Notes: generated by a model from the letters alone, not told the origin. A stretch of DNA of 64,000 nt from Bdellovibrionota bacterium (GCA_041740355.1 JBGSMD010000006.1:32001-96000); one strand, 5' to 3'; positions 1 to 10,507 are shown, counted from the first letter of the stretch. Made by a program: numbers and translations.

Positions 1-1
1 A

Positions 2-253
2 AATACGGCGCCACAAAACATTGCTAGTATTGCAACTGCTCCAGCTACACCAACAAATGTTGCTCCGGTGGTTAGTACGAATCTCCCGGTTACATTAGCA
101 AGTAATAATAGCGCTCGATCTGCTGTTGAGTTAGATTGGGTAAAAAGCGATGGACGAATTAGAATGATTCCTGCTCGCAATGGTTCTTCCAATATTATTT
201 GGGTAAAAGCTCCAAGAAGTCGGTATTTGGCTAAAGTCCAACAAAATAAATAG
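2..253 (+). CDS. 3' end of a gene starting before the window; possibly the C-terminal part of an anti-sigma-factor-like membrane protein
   Basis: Frame is open from position 2 (NTAPQNIASIATAPATPTNVAPVV...) to TAA at 251-253. An Ala/Pro/Thr linker precedes a short beta domain ending IIWV. The family guess is weak. Confidence 0.45.
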   Translation, partial: NTAPQNIASIATAPATPTNVAPVVSTNLPVTLASNNSARSAVELDWVKSDGRIRMIPARNGSSNIIWVKAPRSRYLAKVQQNK

Positions 254-255
254 TT

Positions 256-744
256 ATGCTGAAAATCACGACCATACTACTTTGTGCATTACTTATTCCT
301 GTTTTATCTTTTGCTAAAGATTTAACTTTAACGGTGGAGACAATTACTTGCGAAGAGCCTCGAGTCGACTTAACGGATAAGAAATTAACAATTCCTGATT
401 CACTTGGACATATCAAAGAGAAACTTGAAGATATCCATTTTAAAACTTTCAATTTAGAATCTGCTCAGTCGGTAACTTTACCGATGAAGGAAAAGAAAAA
501 GTTAACTCTTAATAATGGTGACGCCCTAGAACTGGAAGTACTTTATTTTGAAGATCAAAGAGTAGGACTCTGGATTAATTGGAACGATTCCTCTGGAATG
601 CAATTACTAGATACCCGAATGCATTTTGATGCCTCAGAAACAATGTTAGCTGGCGCTGAGTGTGAAGAGAATAAAGGGAAGATGTTGGCGGTTAAGGTTT
701 CTTCAGAGGCAGCTGTGGCGGTGGAAGTTGAATCCTCAAAATAG
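256..744 (+). CDS. Secreted hypothetical protein
   Basis: N-terminal signal peptide (MLKITTILLCALLIPVLSFA); starts 2 nt after the upstream stop. Confidence 0.75.
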   Translation: MLKITTILLCALLIPVLSFAKDLTLTVETITCEEPRVDLTDKKLTIPDSLGHIKEKLEDIHFKTFNLESAQSVTLPMKEKKKLTLNNGDALELEVLYFEDQRVGLWINWNDSSGMQLLDTRMHFDASETMLAGAECEENKGKMLAVKVSSEAAVAVEVESSK

Positions 745-767
745 TTGGGTTAAATATTAAATAGACT

Positions 768-980
768 TTGATGAGAAAAAAAGTTGAAGTAGTTTTTTTT
801 GGTCAGGCAAAGGATTTCACTAAAAGTGATTCAATTAACTATTGGCAAAAGCAATCAGATGAGGCTAGGCTAAGGGCAGTGTGGGAATTAACAGTTGATG
901 CTTGGAAACTAAAAGGAAAAGATTTGAATGAACTCCGATTTCAAAGAACTGTTGGCTTATTTAAATCAAGAAAAAGTTAA
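768..980 (+). CDS. Small hypothetical protein paired with the downstream nucleotidyltransferase
   Basis: 70 aa with motif YWQKQSDEARLRAVWEL; overlaps the start of the next gene, typical of a small two-gene module. Confidence 0.6.
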   Translation: MMRKKVEVVFFGQAKDFTKSDSINYWQKQSDEARLRAVWELTVDAWKLKGKDLNELRFQRTVGLFKSRKS

Positions 981-1377
981 GTATTTAATTGTTGGAGGCT
1001 ATGCCGTTTCATATTATGCCGAACCAAGATACACTAAAGACTTAGATATCTGGGTCGAACCGACCAGTATTAATTCAAAAAAACTAATCCAAGCATTAAG
1101 CAAATTTGGAGCACCAATTGAACAGTTTGCTCTAGATGAGTTCGCTCATCCTGGTGTGATTTTTATTTTTGGGATTGCTCCCAACAGGATTTATATTTTA
1201 ACTAAAGTCCAAGGAACGACATTTGCGCATGCTTGGAGCAATAAACATCAAGTTAAATTTGAAGATTTAAAGATAAATTTTATCTCTAAAAATGACCTGA
1301 AAAAATCAAAAAAAGCAGCTGGACGTCCCCAGGACTTAATTGATCTAGAAAATTTGAAGGGAAAGTTAGACTCCTAG
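928..1377 (+). CDS. Nucleotidyltransferase-family protein (DUF6036-like)
   Basis: YLIVGGYAV...PRYTKDLDIW N-terminal NTase motif and C-terminal KKAAGRPQDLID. Confidence 0.8.
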   Translation: MNSDFKELLAYLNQEKVKYLIVGGYAVSYYAEPRYTKDLDIWVEPTSINSKKLIQALSKFGAPIEQFALDEFAHPGVIFIFGIAPNRIYILTKVQGTTFAHAWSNKHQVKFEDLKINFISKNDLKKSKKAAGRPQDLIDLENLKGKLDS

Positions 1378-1443
1378 TGGGAATTAATTCGGAATTTCAT
1401 AAGACGTTTCTTTCCTTAAAAAGTCTTATTCAATAATAAAATT

Positions 1444-3402
1444 TTAAGAGATTAATTCCAACTTCAAATCATTCTTTTCAGGATTAACTGCGAGTAAACG
1501 CACTTTGATTTCAGTGTTCCCAGTCATGTTTTGAGGTAGGGCAACTAAGCCTGTGATTAAAAGATCTTTTAGTACAACCATACCAAGTTTTTTGTCATTT
1601 TTAATTACTGTAGCAATGAATTCGGAGCCTTTAGGATAGTTTTCTGATAAGTACTTTAACAACCAAAATCGTTTACTTTCCTTACTGGCAGTAACTGCTT
1701 CTTTTAGTGGGGAGAAAGTTAACTTCTTAATTTTTTCTAAGTCTTTGCGATCAAGTTCAGTTTTCTTAGTTTTTAAGTGACTAATAATTTGGCGTTGATT
1801 ACACAAATCTTGATAACGACGAATTGGAGAAGTTGCTTGTAAGTATGCTTTTAATCCTAAGGCATGGTGTGGTTGCGCTGTTAAGTTAGTGTAAGAAGGT
1901 TTAAATTGTTCAGGGTTTTGTTGTCCAGCAGCATTCTGAGTTTGCTCCGGTGCTTCTTGGCAACGAAAAAAAGCCGGAATAAAATTTTGTGAGGCGTACT
2001 CCGCAAAAATCTTGTTAGCAATAATCATTAACTCAGCAATGATGTTCCTTGCAAAGTCATGCTCATCGAAAATTTCTAAAGTTAATTTGCCGTTAATAAT
2101 TTTTGTATCACTCACTTTTTTAGGAGTTTTAATTGCCCCCGATTCAATTCTTTTCGTCTCAAATTGATTAGTTATTTGATAGAGCTCTACGAATCTAGGG
2201 TCTTCCGCTTCTAGTAATTGATCCACTTGTTGGTAAGAAAGTTTTTCGGAAACTTTGATTAAGCTCGGAAAGATTTTAGAAGATAATAAGTTGTAGTGGC
2301 GGTCTAAATTCAAGTGAATGGTTAATGCTGGACGAACTTCTCCTGCCAGTAAACTTCCTAAATTTTCAGAAATTTCTGCTGGCAGCATATTTACATTTTG
2401 CCCCGTGGAGTAGACGGACGTAGCTCTTTTTAAGGCTAATTTATCAAGAACTGAGCCCTTACAAATTAGTGCCGAAATATCACTAATATGAATTCCTAAT
2501 TGCCAACCATCAATTGATTGTTCCAGAGAAATTGCGTCATCCATATCCATTGTGGATGCGTCATCAATAGTGAACATGGGAACTTTAGTTAAATCTTTGC
2601 GGTTTTTATCCTGAATGATTTTTGGGTAAGCAACTGCTAGCTTTTTACATTCTTGCATTACCTGCTTGGAAAAACTCAAACTTTGGTGATGCCGAATTAA
2701 AATTAAATCAGCGTAGTTTTTAATAATCCCTAGTTTTAAAAGGATCTGATAAGCAGAAGCGGGAATTGGATCTAAATCAGTAATCTTTAAAATCTTAATT
2801 AACTCTTTTAGAAATTCTCGAGCTTCCTTTTTTTCTTCAGGTAAGATGTCTCGGCTTTCGGCAGCAAAGGCTAGTAAATTATGGACCAGTCTTTCCGCTA
2901 TTTCTGGGAGGCCCTGCAAGTTGCTGATATTATCTCTTAAGAACTCTAGTGTTGCTTGTAATTCCTGCTGATTAATTTGATCCTTTTTGTGCGTCAAAAG
3001 CCTGTCAGCAACCTCTTTTTCTGAGCGACGGTGAAATTCTTGCCCCTTTCTCTTAAAATGGATTTTATCGGCATTAATTGCTTCAAAGATAGCTAAATTC
3101 TCTAGTATTCCTGAGGAGTTAAAGGCAATTATGGAAAGTTCATCAGCGCTTAATTTTTCCTGCTTAGCGGTTGCAAGCCAGATTTTAGGAATGTCTATTT
3201 CTAAAGATTTTTTGGAGGCTAATTTCTGGGTTTCTGTAAGATTTAAATTGTCGTCTGAAGCATCACCTAGGATGTATAACCTATTGATATTTATCTTAAT
3301 TTCTTTTTGATTAGATGTGGTCACACTGAATTCTGTGCCAGTTTGTTCTTGGGCAGAGCCCAGAAGGTAAGAATCATCTTGAAAGTAAATAACAAATTTC
3401 AC
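1444..3402 (-). CDS. RNB-domain exoribonuclease (RNase II/R family)
   Basis: FTIDDASTMDMDDAIS catalytic motif, HISDIS, RATSVY, HHALGLKAYLQATSPIRRYQD; C-terminal S1-like region. Confidence 0.9.
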   Translation of the reverse strand: MKFVIYFQDDSYLLGSAQEQTGTEFSVTTSNQKEIKININRLYILGDASDDNLNLTETQKLASKKSLEIDIPKIWLATAKQEKLSADELSIIAFNSSGILENLAIFEAINADKIHFKRKGQEFHRRSEKEVADRLLTHKKDQINQQELQATLEFLRDNISNLQGLPEIAERLVHNLLAFAAESRDILPEEKKEAREFLKELIKILKITDLDPIPASAYQILLKLGIIKNYADLILIRHHQSLSFSKQVMQECKKLAVAYPKIIQDKNRKDLTKVPMFTIDDASTMDMDDAISLEQSIDGWQLGIHISDISALICKGSVLDKLALKRATSVYSTGQNVNMLPAEISENLGSLLAGEVRPALTIHLNLDRHYNLLSSKIFPSLIKVSEKLSYQQVDQLLEAEDPRFVELYQITNQFETKRIESGAIKTPKKVSDTKIINGKLTLEIFDEHDFARNIIAELMIIANKIFAEYASQNFIPAFFRCQEAPEQTQNAAGQQNPEQFKPSYTNLTAQPHHALGLKAYLQATSPIRRYQDLCNQRQIISHLKTKKTELDRKDLEKIKKLTFSPLKEAVTASKESKRFWLLKYLSENYPKGSEFIATVIKNDKKLGMVVLKDLLITGLVALPQNMTGNTEIKVRLLAVNPEKNDLKLELIS

Positions 3403-3542
3403 TTATATTGAAGCAACATAAAGCCGAAGATAGACATAACTTATAATATCTTTTTATCTTTTACCAATCTGAGTGATAACTATCTGTTATAGGTTATAAA
3501 TCTTAAAGTGCAATTGGTCTAAAAAAATTTAAGTCAAATATC

Positions 3543-5192
3543 ATGTCATTAAAGATCATTAATATTGAACCTGAAGCCTTCCCAGTCGAATCAGCTAAAG
3601 GTCTTAATGCACCCCCACCCCCAAAAAGCACCCCAGAATCTAATGAAGCAAAAGGGTTTAATCCTCTGGTGATAACAAAACTTGATCCATTGAGTCACTA
3701 TAAGTTGCCTAATGCAAATATTCGATGGGAAGATCATGTAGCATTTTTAGAGCAAGAAAATGCAGCAAAAGAGCCTATACTTAGAAAAGGTATTAAGACA
3801 GATACTGACGATCGAGCAGGTGTAATTGATAACTTAACTAATACTTTCCCGACTGTCATTAAGCAAACAACTTTGCAGAATGAGAATAAACAATATTTAA
3901 CTTTAAATGGTGATCCGATTCAAGTCGCTCGTTTTGAAGTAGCGAGTGCCAGCAATGGTTATAAAATTAGCACTGTACTGGATTATCCTGGAGCGGAACA
4001 AATTCCTTGTAATCAAGCAGTATTAAAAGAGGTCTGCAAACTAGCAAAAGAATTAGATTCGAAAAGTGGAAAGATGTTAGAAAACGATTTAAATAAAATC
4101 GTTCAACTATTGCAGTCTGCTGGCATGTTGCATTATGCAGAACTGGAGGGGTTTACGATACAATCCCAGACAACTATAGCCGGGCAGTATCAAGGGATTA
4201 GATTTAAGAATATGACAATTTGTGGCACAGTCTCACTTGATCTTAAAACTCGAGAAGGTTTAGATCATGATAAATCATTGGACATAACCTCAGCGCTGAT
4301 TAGTTGTAAGATTATAAAGGGTCGTTTCTTTGGTAACATGGCTGATTTAGAAATTTCTAAAGCAGATCCAGCTGTCAAAGGTTATGCTTTAATCTGTCAG
4401 GGAGCTGACTTAAATGGACCTGCGGGAAGCGATTGGTCTAAAATGAAAAACTATAATCCCCGAGATATAAAGTTTAAGAATGATCACTTTGGTGGAAGAG
4501 ATGGATCAGATCGCTTTGATAATGTTCATGGTCTTTGGGGGTCGATGAATTTTGAAACAATTAAGTATTTACTAGGGGTACGTCAGCCTTGTTTAGCAAA
4601 TATGGTCAAATTTGGAGAGGGTTCTCCAATGGATCTTTACTTAGGTTCTTATGCGAGAAAGAATGGTGCGGAAAGAGTTAGGCATCGCTGGAATTATCAA
4701 GCCTTTTTATATGATACCGAAGTGTCAGGTTTTTCGGAGACTACTAAAAAGTCATTAACAGCTGGGGAAGTGACGGTACCAGTAAAACTGCCGAATTATA
4801 ATAATGCCGCAATCTTACGTAATCTGGCCAAAAGAGATTCTAGTCTAATTACCTGTGAAATTGGTAAGAAGATTTTTTATGTTGAAGCTGCTAGTTCTTC
4901 TTTTCGTGGTGCTTACATTGCGGAAACATCAGATCTTAGTAAGGTTGCAATCGCAATTCTAGATACAGATTACATTGTTCGACAACACTATATTTGTGAG
5001 GTTGATTTATTGGCCAAAGCTTTAGAAGAGATGAGAATTCAAGACGTAGCTGCTCGTGTGAAACGCACAAAATCTCAGATGAACAACGCTTTAGATCCTA
5101 TTGTTGGGGCTTCGAAGGCTATCGATGACAGTTCAAGTCGCTCATTATTTGATATAGCATTTAATAATTTTTTTGAATCAAAAAAAATATAA
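3543..5192 (+). CDS. Hypothetical protein (549 aa)
   Basis: Long ORF with Pro-rich N-terminus, no signal peptide and no recognised family. Confidence 0.75.
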   Translation: MSLKIINIEPEAFPVESAKGLNAPPPPKSTPESNEAKGFNPLVITKLDPLSHYKLPNANIRWEDHVAFLEQENAAKEPILRKGIKTDTDDRAGVIDNLTNTFPTVIKQTTLQNENKQYLTLNGDPIQVARFEVASASNGYKISTVLDYPGAEQIPCNQAVLKEVCKLAKELDSKSGKMLENDLNKIVQLLQSAGMLHYAELEGFTIQSQTTIAGQYQGIRFKNMTICGTVSLDLKTREGLDHDKSLDITSALISCKIIKGRFFGNMADLEISKADPAVKGYALICQGADLNGPAGSDWSKMKNYNPRDIKFKNDHFGGRDGSDRFDNVHGLWGSMNFETIKYLLGVRQPCLANMVKFGEGSPMDLYLGSYARKNGAERVRHRWNYQAFLYDTEVSGFSETTKKSLTAGEVTVPVKLPNYNNAAILRNLAKRDSSLITCEIGKKIFYVEAASSSFRGAYIAETSDLSKVAIAILDTDYIVRQHYICEVDLLAKALEEMRIQDVAARVKRTKSQMNNALDPIVGASKAIDDSSSRSLFDIAFNNFFESKKI

Positions 5193-5204
5193 GAATTAAT
5201 AAAA

Positions 5205-6446
5205 ATGACTGAGGTAGTAAGATCGAAAATTTTTCTAACAGAGGGTAAGGATCGCAGCGATGCGATTGTCGGTTACTATCAAAAATGGGCAGGAGCTTCA
5301 ATCACACCACCAGAACATGGCTTTAGAGCTGAGCGTATTAGCCGTGTGCTAGAGTATGATCCAGCAACGATTTCACATTCACAAGATCCAAATGCTCTAA
5401 ATTACACTTTAAGAATTTTTAAGTCATTTGAAGCTACTCAAAAAAACATTGATCAGTTAGTTCCACAAGAGAATAGATTAGGTTTAGCAACAGCACTGTT
5501 ATTAGATATCAATCATCAATTTAAAGTTTTAGAGGCTAATCCAGAGGCAAACGCTGAGTTGCGTAATTTACATTTCTTATCCATGCCATACCTTGTATTA
5601 AGATTTAACGCGAGCCAAATTGCAGCAAATTTTAATCTTCCAAAGGATGATTATCCGGTGGTAGCAGCACATCTGTTAAAAGGAGAATTACAGGAAGTGC
5701 TGGAGAAGATTCCAACTAGCAATTCAGTTGTGAAATCTAATATTAAAAAATTATATGCAGCTTTGGCGTTGTATGATGAAGAAATACTTATTGCGAAGAT
5801 TGAAAAGGAAAAAGATGGGGGTAAGGAGGATGACAAGTTTAAGGCTGAGGTTAGAGATGAATATCAAGTGGCTAAGCTCAATAATTTATTAAGCCAAAAA
5901 AGCATTGGTTCAGAAGTTGTCGGGGCAGTTTCTGAATTTATGACTAGCATTTTAAAAGAAAATACTGGGAGTACTGTCACTTCAGTCGAACTATATGAGA
6001 ATTTATGTAAAGTTCAGCCAAGGCTGAAGCCAGATGAAATGTCATTTGACATCTTAAGTGATGATAATCTTAAAGTTACATTAACAAAGCTGACTCAAGC
6101 ACTATTACTTACAAAAACTTTAAGTGCCAAGATGATTACAAGGATTGATAGCTTTGTTCAGCAGGTTCCGGTAGAACCAAGATTTAATGGTATTAATCAA
6201 GTGTTAGGTAAGGCCTTAGATTTAATTCGTAATGATATCCAAGATGCGGTTTTAGGAATCAGAGATGACAAATTCCATTTTGACGACAAACGCGCTTGGG
6301 AAGGTATTCAGTATCCATCAGATCCTTCTGGAACAGCTCCAACACCAAAACATTCCAGCGAATTTTTAGCTGCATATAAAGTGACTTATGGACGAATTTT
6401 TCTAGATATTCTTGAGCTCGGGACGAAATATACAGGGGATAAATAG
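5205..6446 (+). CDS. Hypothetical protein (413 aa, helical)
   Basis: Long ORF 12 nt downstream of the previous gene; no recognised family. Confidence 0.75.
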   Translation: MTEVVRSKIFLTEGKDRSDAIVGYYQKWAGASITPPEHGFRAERISRVLEYDPATISHSQDPNALNYTLRIFKSFEATQKNIDQLVPQENRLGLATALLLDINHQFKVLEANPEANAELRNLHFLSMPYLVLRFNASQIAANFNLPKDDYPVVAAHLLKGELQEVLEKIPTSNSVVKSNIKKLYAALALYDEEILIAKIEKEKDGGKEDDKFKAEVRDEYQVAKLNNLLSQKSIGSEVVGAVSEFMTSILKENTGSTVTSVELYENLCKVQPRLKPDEMSFDILSDDNLKVTLTKLTQALLLTKTLSAKMITRIDSFVQQVPVEPRFNGINQVLGKALDLIRNDIQDAVLGIRDDKFHFDDKRAWEGIQYPSDPSGTAPTPKHSSEFLAAYKVTYGRIFLDILELGTKYTGDK

Positions 6447-6448
6447 AT

Positions 6449-8680
6449 ATGGCAGTACAAGCTCCAAATAATAATCTACCAAACTCAGGACCCGAGATTA
6501 AGGCCGATGCACCGACATTTAGAGCTTTATCTGAAGATGAAAGAAAAGATTATAACCAATTCCATCAGAACCTTCAAGCGGGAAGTCCTGAGTGGAGAAT
6601 TTTAGTAAATAAAGAACAAGCAACGGTTCATGGGTCAATAGCGGAGACGATCTTTAATCCGGAGAAAGGAGTCGTTGATTGGGAACAATTAAAGAAATCT
6701 TACAAAGGGATCATTGGACGTTTTGAAATGTTAGTTTATGAAAATAAAGAGCGTCGTGCGCCTGCTTATTTATTAAACGCGAATACATTAAAAGAATTGA
6801 TTAGTTATGATCCTGGGACACATTCGATTGAAGATGATAGTAAGTTTTACCGTATGCAGAACAATCTTCTTGTTGGCATTAAGAAAGTTTTTGTAACTGA
6901 GCATCCTGAACCTTCGGTTGATCCCACTAAATCTTCAACTGAGGAGCCGATCAAGAGAAGTCGCATTAAAGGGCCTGGGAATAGTATAAACGACGCAGCC
7001 TCATCTCTTGGATTACTAGGAAATATTATTAATTATGGTGATATGAATCGGACCGCTGTTGAAGGTGCGGTTAGTTGTCATGTGCCAGTTGCAATGTTGG
7101 CTTTAGCAAAGGCTCTTGATAATCAGTGTAAACAGGAGACTGGAAAATGGTTGACCTCTGATCGAGGAGATACAGAAAGACTAGCCGCGACATTGCTGAT
7201 AATGTCTTATGAAAAATATTTGGTGGATCAGAAGATTTCAGGACCAGACTCAGATTTAACAATGGTTGTGTTAAATCAAGTTGACTGGATTATGAGATCT
7301 AATGAAAAAAAACTTAGCGATCAAGATCCGGCTAAAATTCTACAGTTTGCTGTTAATACTCACTCCGTTTCTGCACAAGGTTGTTTAAATTCTTTGCTTT
7401 TTCATGCTTATGGTCGTGGTCAGTCAGTATTATTGTATGATAATTCTCGTGAAGTCAGTAAGGGTTCTCCAAGTTTTGATAATCATTCTTGGAAAGGAAA
7501 TGCGATGGATAACCCATTGCAGATTTTTGAGTATCAACTGAGACATCATGAGCGTTCAATCCCAGGCCTCCCGGATTCAATTTATCGGAGACAATTTAAG
7601 AGTGGAATCCGATGCCTACTATCCTTTTCTGCGGCCGGAGTTCCCAACCTTAAAACAGCTACTGACTTGAGAAATAAAAACTATGATAATGCTTTGCCAC
7701 TAAGAGCCAAGATTCTAATTCCAGATGTGATTCTAGCAACACAGTCTTGGAATCGACAAGAGTCTGGTCTAGCTCGAATGGTTTCTGCTTTAGATTCTCC
7801 AACTGAGCAGGATACGTTTCATATGACAAAATTTCCTAGAGATGGGAAGCGCCCTTTTATTCATATTGATACATACAACGCGGCGAGAGAGGAATCTATT
7901 GAAGATTTACTATGCCAGCGGTATAAAGATGTAATGTCTGCAGTCGTTAAACACATGACTGATAAGTCAGCAACAGACACCTTTCCTGTTTTGGAAGTTC
8001 AAAAGTGCTTGGAGCATCTCTTGGTTTTAATTCCTAAAATTCCCGGTATGCCAGATCCACAAGAGTTTTTTAATCTTGTAGGTAAAAGTTATGAGGAAAG
8101 ATCCAAGGGAATAGTTTCTGAAGTAACAAAACTAGATAAAGAAGATCAAAAAGCATACGTGGTATTATTTTCATATTTGATTCTTAACCGTCTTCAGGAG
8201 ATGGATAATACTATTAAGGGATTAGAAGATTCTACACCTAAGAACCAAATCTCCAAGAAATTAAATGACTGTTTTCTTGATTCGGATTACTTAGCTAGCT
8301 TAAAAGAAGAGAGAAAAGAGTTTTTTGATGCTGTAAAAGCTTCCTTTCAGGCACTCTTAAAGGGTAAGGAGCCGAGGGATTCAGAAGAAGTCATCAATCC
8401 TGAGATTTCGAAGAAGATTAAAGAGGAGTATCGAAATAAATTAACAGTTTTGCAAAACAAAATTTTGGGAACCTTGCCAGCTAGTCCAGTTATTGATACA
8501 GAAACAGTCGTTGTAGAATCTGGTGATCCCACTGGAGATAAGTCAGTAAATGTAGATACTAAAAAATCACAGAACGAAGCGAGTGGAGGACTGCCTCCAA
8601 TTCCACAGGATATATTAGATAAACAAGTTATGGCATCTTTGGCACGTGTATTTGCGAAGCTCTCTTCTGAGGGAGAATAG
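6449..8680 (+). CDS. Hypothetical protein (743 aa)
   Basis: Long ORF 2 nt downstream of the previous gene; low-complexity N- and C-termini. Confidence 0.75.
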   Translation: MAVQAPNNNLPNSGPEIKADAPTFRALSEDERKDYNQFHQNLQAGSPEWRILVNKEQATVHGSIAETIFNPEKGVVDWEQLKKSYKGIIGRFEMLVYENKERRAPAYLLNANTLKELISYDPGTHSIEDDSKFYRMQNNLLVGIKKVFVTEHPEPSVDPTKSSTEEPIKRSRIKGPGNSINDAASSLGLLGNIINYGDMNRTAVEGAVSCHVPVAMLALAKALDNQCKQETGKWLTSDRGDTERLAATLLIMSYEKYLVDQKISGPDSDLTMVVLNQVDWIMRSNEKKLSDQDPAKILQFAVNTHSVSAQGCLNSLLFHAYGRGQSVLLYDNSREVSKGSPSFDNHSWKGNAMDNPLQIFEYQLRHHERSIPGLPDSIYRRQFKSGIRCLLSFSAAGVPNLKTATDLRNKNYDNALPLRAKILIPDVILATQSWNRQESGLARMVSALDSPTEQDTFHMTKFPRDGKRPFIHIDTYNAAREESIEDLLCQRYKDVMSAVVKHMTDKSATDTFPVLEVQKCLEHLLVLIPKIPGMPDPQEFFNLVGKSYEERSKGIVSEVTKLDKEDQKAYVVLFSYLILNRLQEMDNTIKGLEDSTPKNQISKKLNDCFLDSDYLASLKEERKEFFDAVKASFQALLKGKEPRDSEEVINPEISKKIKEEYRNKLTVLQNKILGTLPASPVIDTETVVVESGDPTGDKSVNVDTKKSQNEASGGLPPIPQDILDKQVMASLARVFAKLSSEGE

Positions 8681-8733
8681 TACTATTACTTCATATACTA
8701 ATCGACTAATTTAAAAAAGTAATCTTACGTCGC

Positions 8734-9228
8734 CTAGAATAAATTTCGTGCAGACAAAATTAATAGGCCAGATAGTGCACCTGCCACCAAATCATCCATC
8801 ATTACTCCCCTAGCCCCGGGGAATTTTTCAGCAAGACTTACTGGCCAAACTTTACTGGCATCAAACAATCTAAATAAAGCAAAGGCCAAAATTATTTGCC
8901 AGACATTGGTGGGGTCCACCGCTAAGAAAGCTACAGCTAATCCTGCCCACTCATCAATTACAATCCACGAAGGATCATTGTGTTTTTTATTACCTTCCTG
9001 ATTAATTCGGGGAAGGAGATAAGCAGTTAGTAGCCATCCGACAAGTGTAACAATTATAAGTGCTAAGATTTGCCAAAGATAATTAGAAGAAAGAACAAAA
9101 AACCAGATAAGCAGATAGGCAAAACTTCCCACTGTTCCTGGAGCGAATGGGAACTCTCCGGTGTAAAAGCCGGAGCAGAAGAATTTTGCAACTTCAATTT
9201 TAATCGACTTTAGTTCTGGGGTTTTCAT
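8734..9228 (-). CDS. pgpA: Phosphatidylglycerophosphatase A
   Basis: PFAPGTVGS, DPSWIVIDEWAG, FRLFDASKVWP and GVMMDDLVAG motifs. Confidence 0.95.
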   Translation of the reverse strand: MKTPELKSIKIEVAKFFCSGFYTGEFPFAPGTVGSFAYLLIWFFVLSSNYLWQILALIIVTLVGWLLTAYLLPRINQEGNKKHNDPSWIVIDEWAGLAVAFLAVDPTNVWQIILAFALFRLFDASKVWPVSLAEKFPGARGVMMDDLVAGALSGLLILSARNLF

Positions 9229-9499
9229 AGAAGTGAATGTCGTGTTTTTTAAGTTAGTAAGCTAGGCAGTAATTCCGAAGAATCTTCTGGAAGTATTACT
9301 TCTTCTCCTTACTACAATTATTAAATCTAAAGTAAAATAATTATTACTTTTAGTAATACTTTTGGTAAACTTTTTAATTTATTACTAATAAGTTATATTA
9401 GCCTATAATTAGCTTTCTTAGCATTTAGTTTGTGAATATTTAACATAATTCATTTGACTAGGAAGATCTAATTTTGCTATAAGCATACTACAAGTAGTT

Positions 9500-9635
9500 T
9501 AAACCTACCTTGGGTTATTTTTAGAAAAATCTCCCAAGGTAGGTTTAGTGTTTTCTACGGCAAAAAATGGCTGTGCCATTGTTTTGCTCGCCCAGCAGTA
9601 ATCACTTTTTCAAATATTGATTACTGCTGGGTTTA
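9500..9635. repeat. Three-hairpin intergenic element, copy 1 (second copy at 40443-40586)
   Basis: Inverted repeats at 9500-9514/9533-9547, 9560-9587 and 9591-9604/9618-9631; core ttttctacggcaaaaaatggctgNgccattNttttgctcgccca is shared with copy 2. Confidence 0.8.
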
Positions 9636-9655
9636 AATCAACCAAGTAAATCCCT

Positions 9656-10507
9656 ATGCAAAACGAATCTAGTAATAAATCTGGCGCAAGCTTAGTAAGT
9701 GCTCGTGGCACTGGAGATGGTTTAACACTTAGATTGTTAGCGACTGAAGAATCGAATGTTTTACTTCACGCCATTACTGAATACTTAGAAGCTCGTCGCT
9801 CTTTTCTTTCTGGCAATGAAGTAATCTTGGAGTGGTGTGAAGGAATTCCCGCAGATGATTTATGTGCTCAGGTGGTTGATCTATTAAAAACTAAATTTCA
9901 AATTAAAGTTCAGAATAAAGAATTTGCTTCGAAAGAAGATGCAATGGAAGAATATTCTGGATTACATGTCTCTAGGACTTCCTCGTTTCAACCAGAAAGA
10001 ACTAGCTCTACTCCACGCACAGGACTTTTTGCCGGCATTGAAAACTTATCCGAAGCAATCGAAACAGATGTTACTAAAGATGATTTTGATGTGAGTTTTC
10101 CTGAAGCTAAATCTAAGAATTCTCCTTTTGCTAATTCTATGTTCTGGGATAATCCTGACGCGATGATTGTTCATGCCACTTTACGCTCAGGTCAAAAAAT
10201 TGAAACAGAAAATTCTATTGTGCTTGTTGGAGACGTTAATTACGGGGCAGAGATTGTTGCTGGTGGAGATGTGATTGTCCTTGGAATTCTTCGTGGTGTG
10301 GTTCATGCGGGTGCCTATGATGAGAATGGTGGGGGACGGTTTATCTTTTCTTTAGATTTACAACCAACCCAACTTCGAATTGGTTCAGTGATTTCCCGAG
10401 GGACTGAGCTTAAAAAAGGAAAAGGGGTTGAGATTGCGTACGTAGATGGAAGTGCTATTGTTGTTGAACAATACAACTCCAGAAATGCTGCAAATCGAAT
10501 TCGCTAA
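9656..10507 (+). CDS. minC: Septum site-determining protein MinC
   Basis: TLRSGQ...GDVNYGAEIVAGGDVIVLGILRGVVHAG; upstream of minD and minE. Confidence 0.93.
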   Translation: MQNESSNKSGASLVSARGTGDGLTLRLLATEESNVLLHAITEYLEARRSFLSGNEVILEWCEGIPADDLCAQVVDLLKTKFQIKVQNKEFASKEDAMEEYSGLHVSRTSSFQPERTSSTPRTGLFAGIENLSEAIETDVTKDDFDVSFPEAKSKNSPFANSMFWDNPDAMIVHATLRSGQKIETENSIVLVGDVNYGAEIVAGGDVIVLGILRGVVHAGAYDENGGGRFIFSLDLQPTQLRIGSVISRGTELKKGKGVEIAYVDGSAIVVEQYNSRNAANRIR

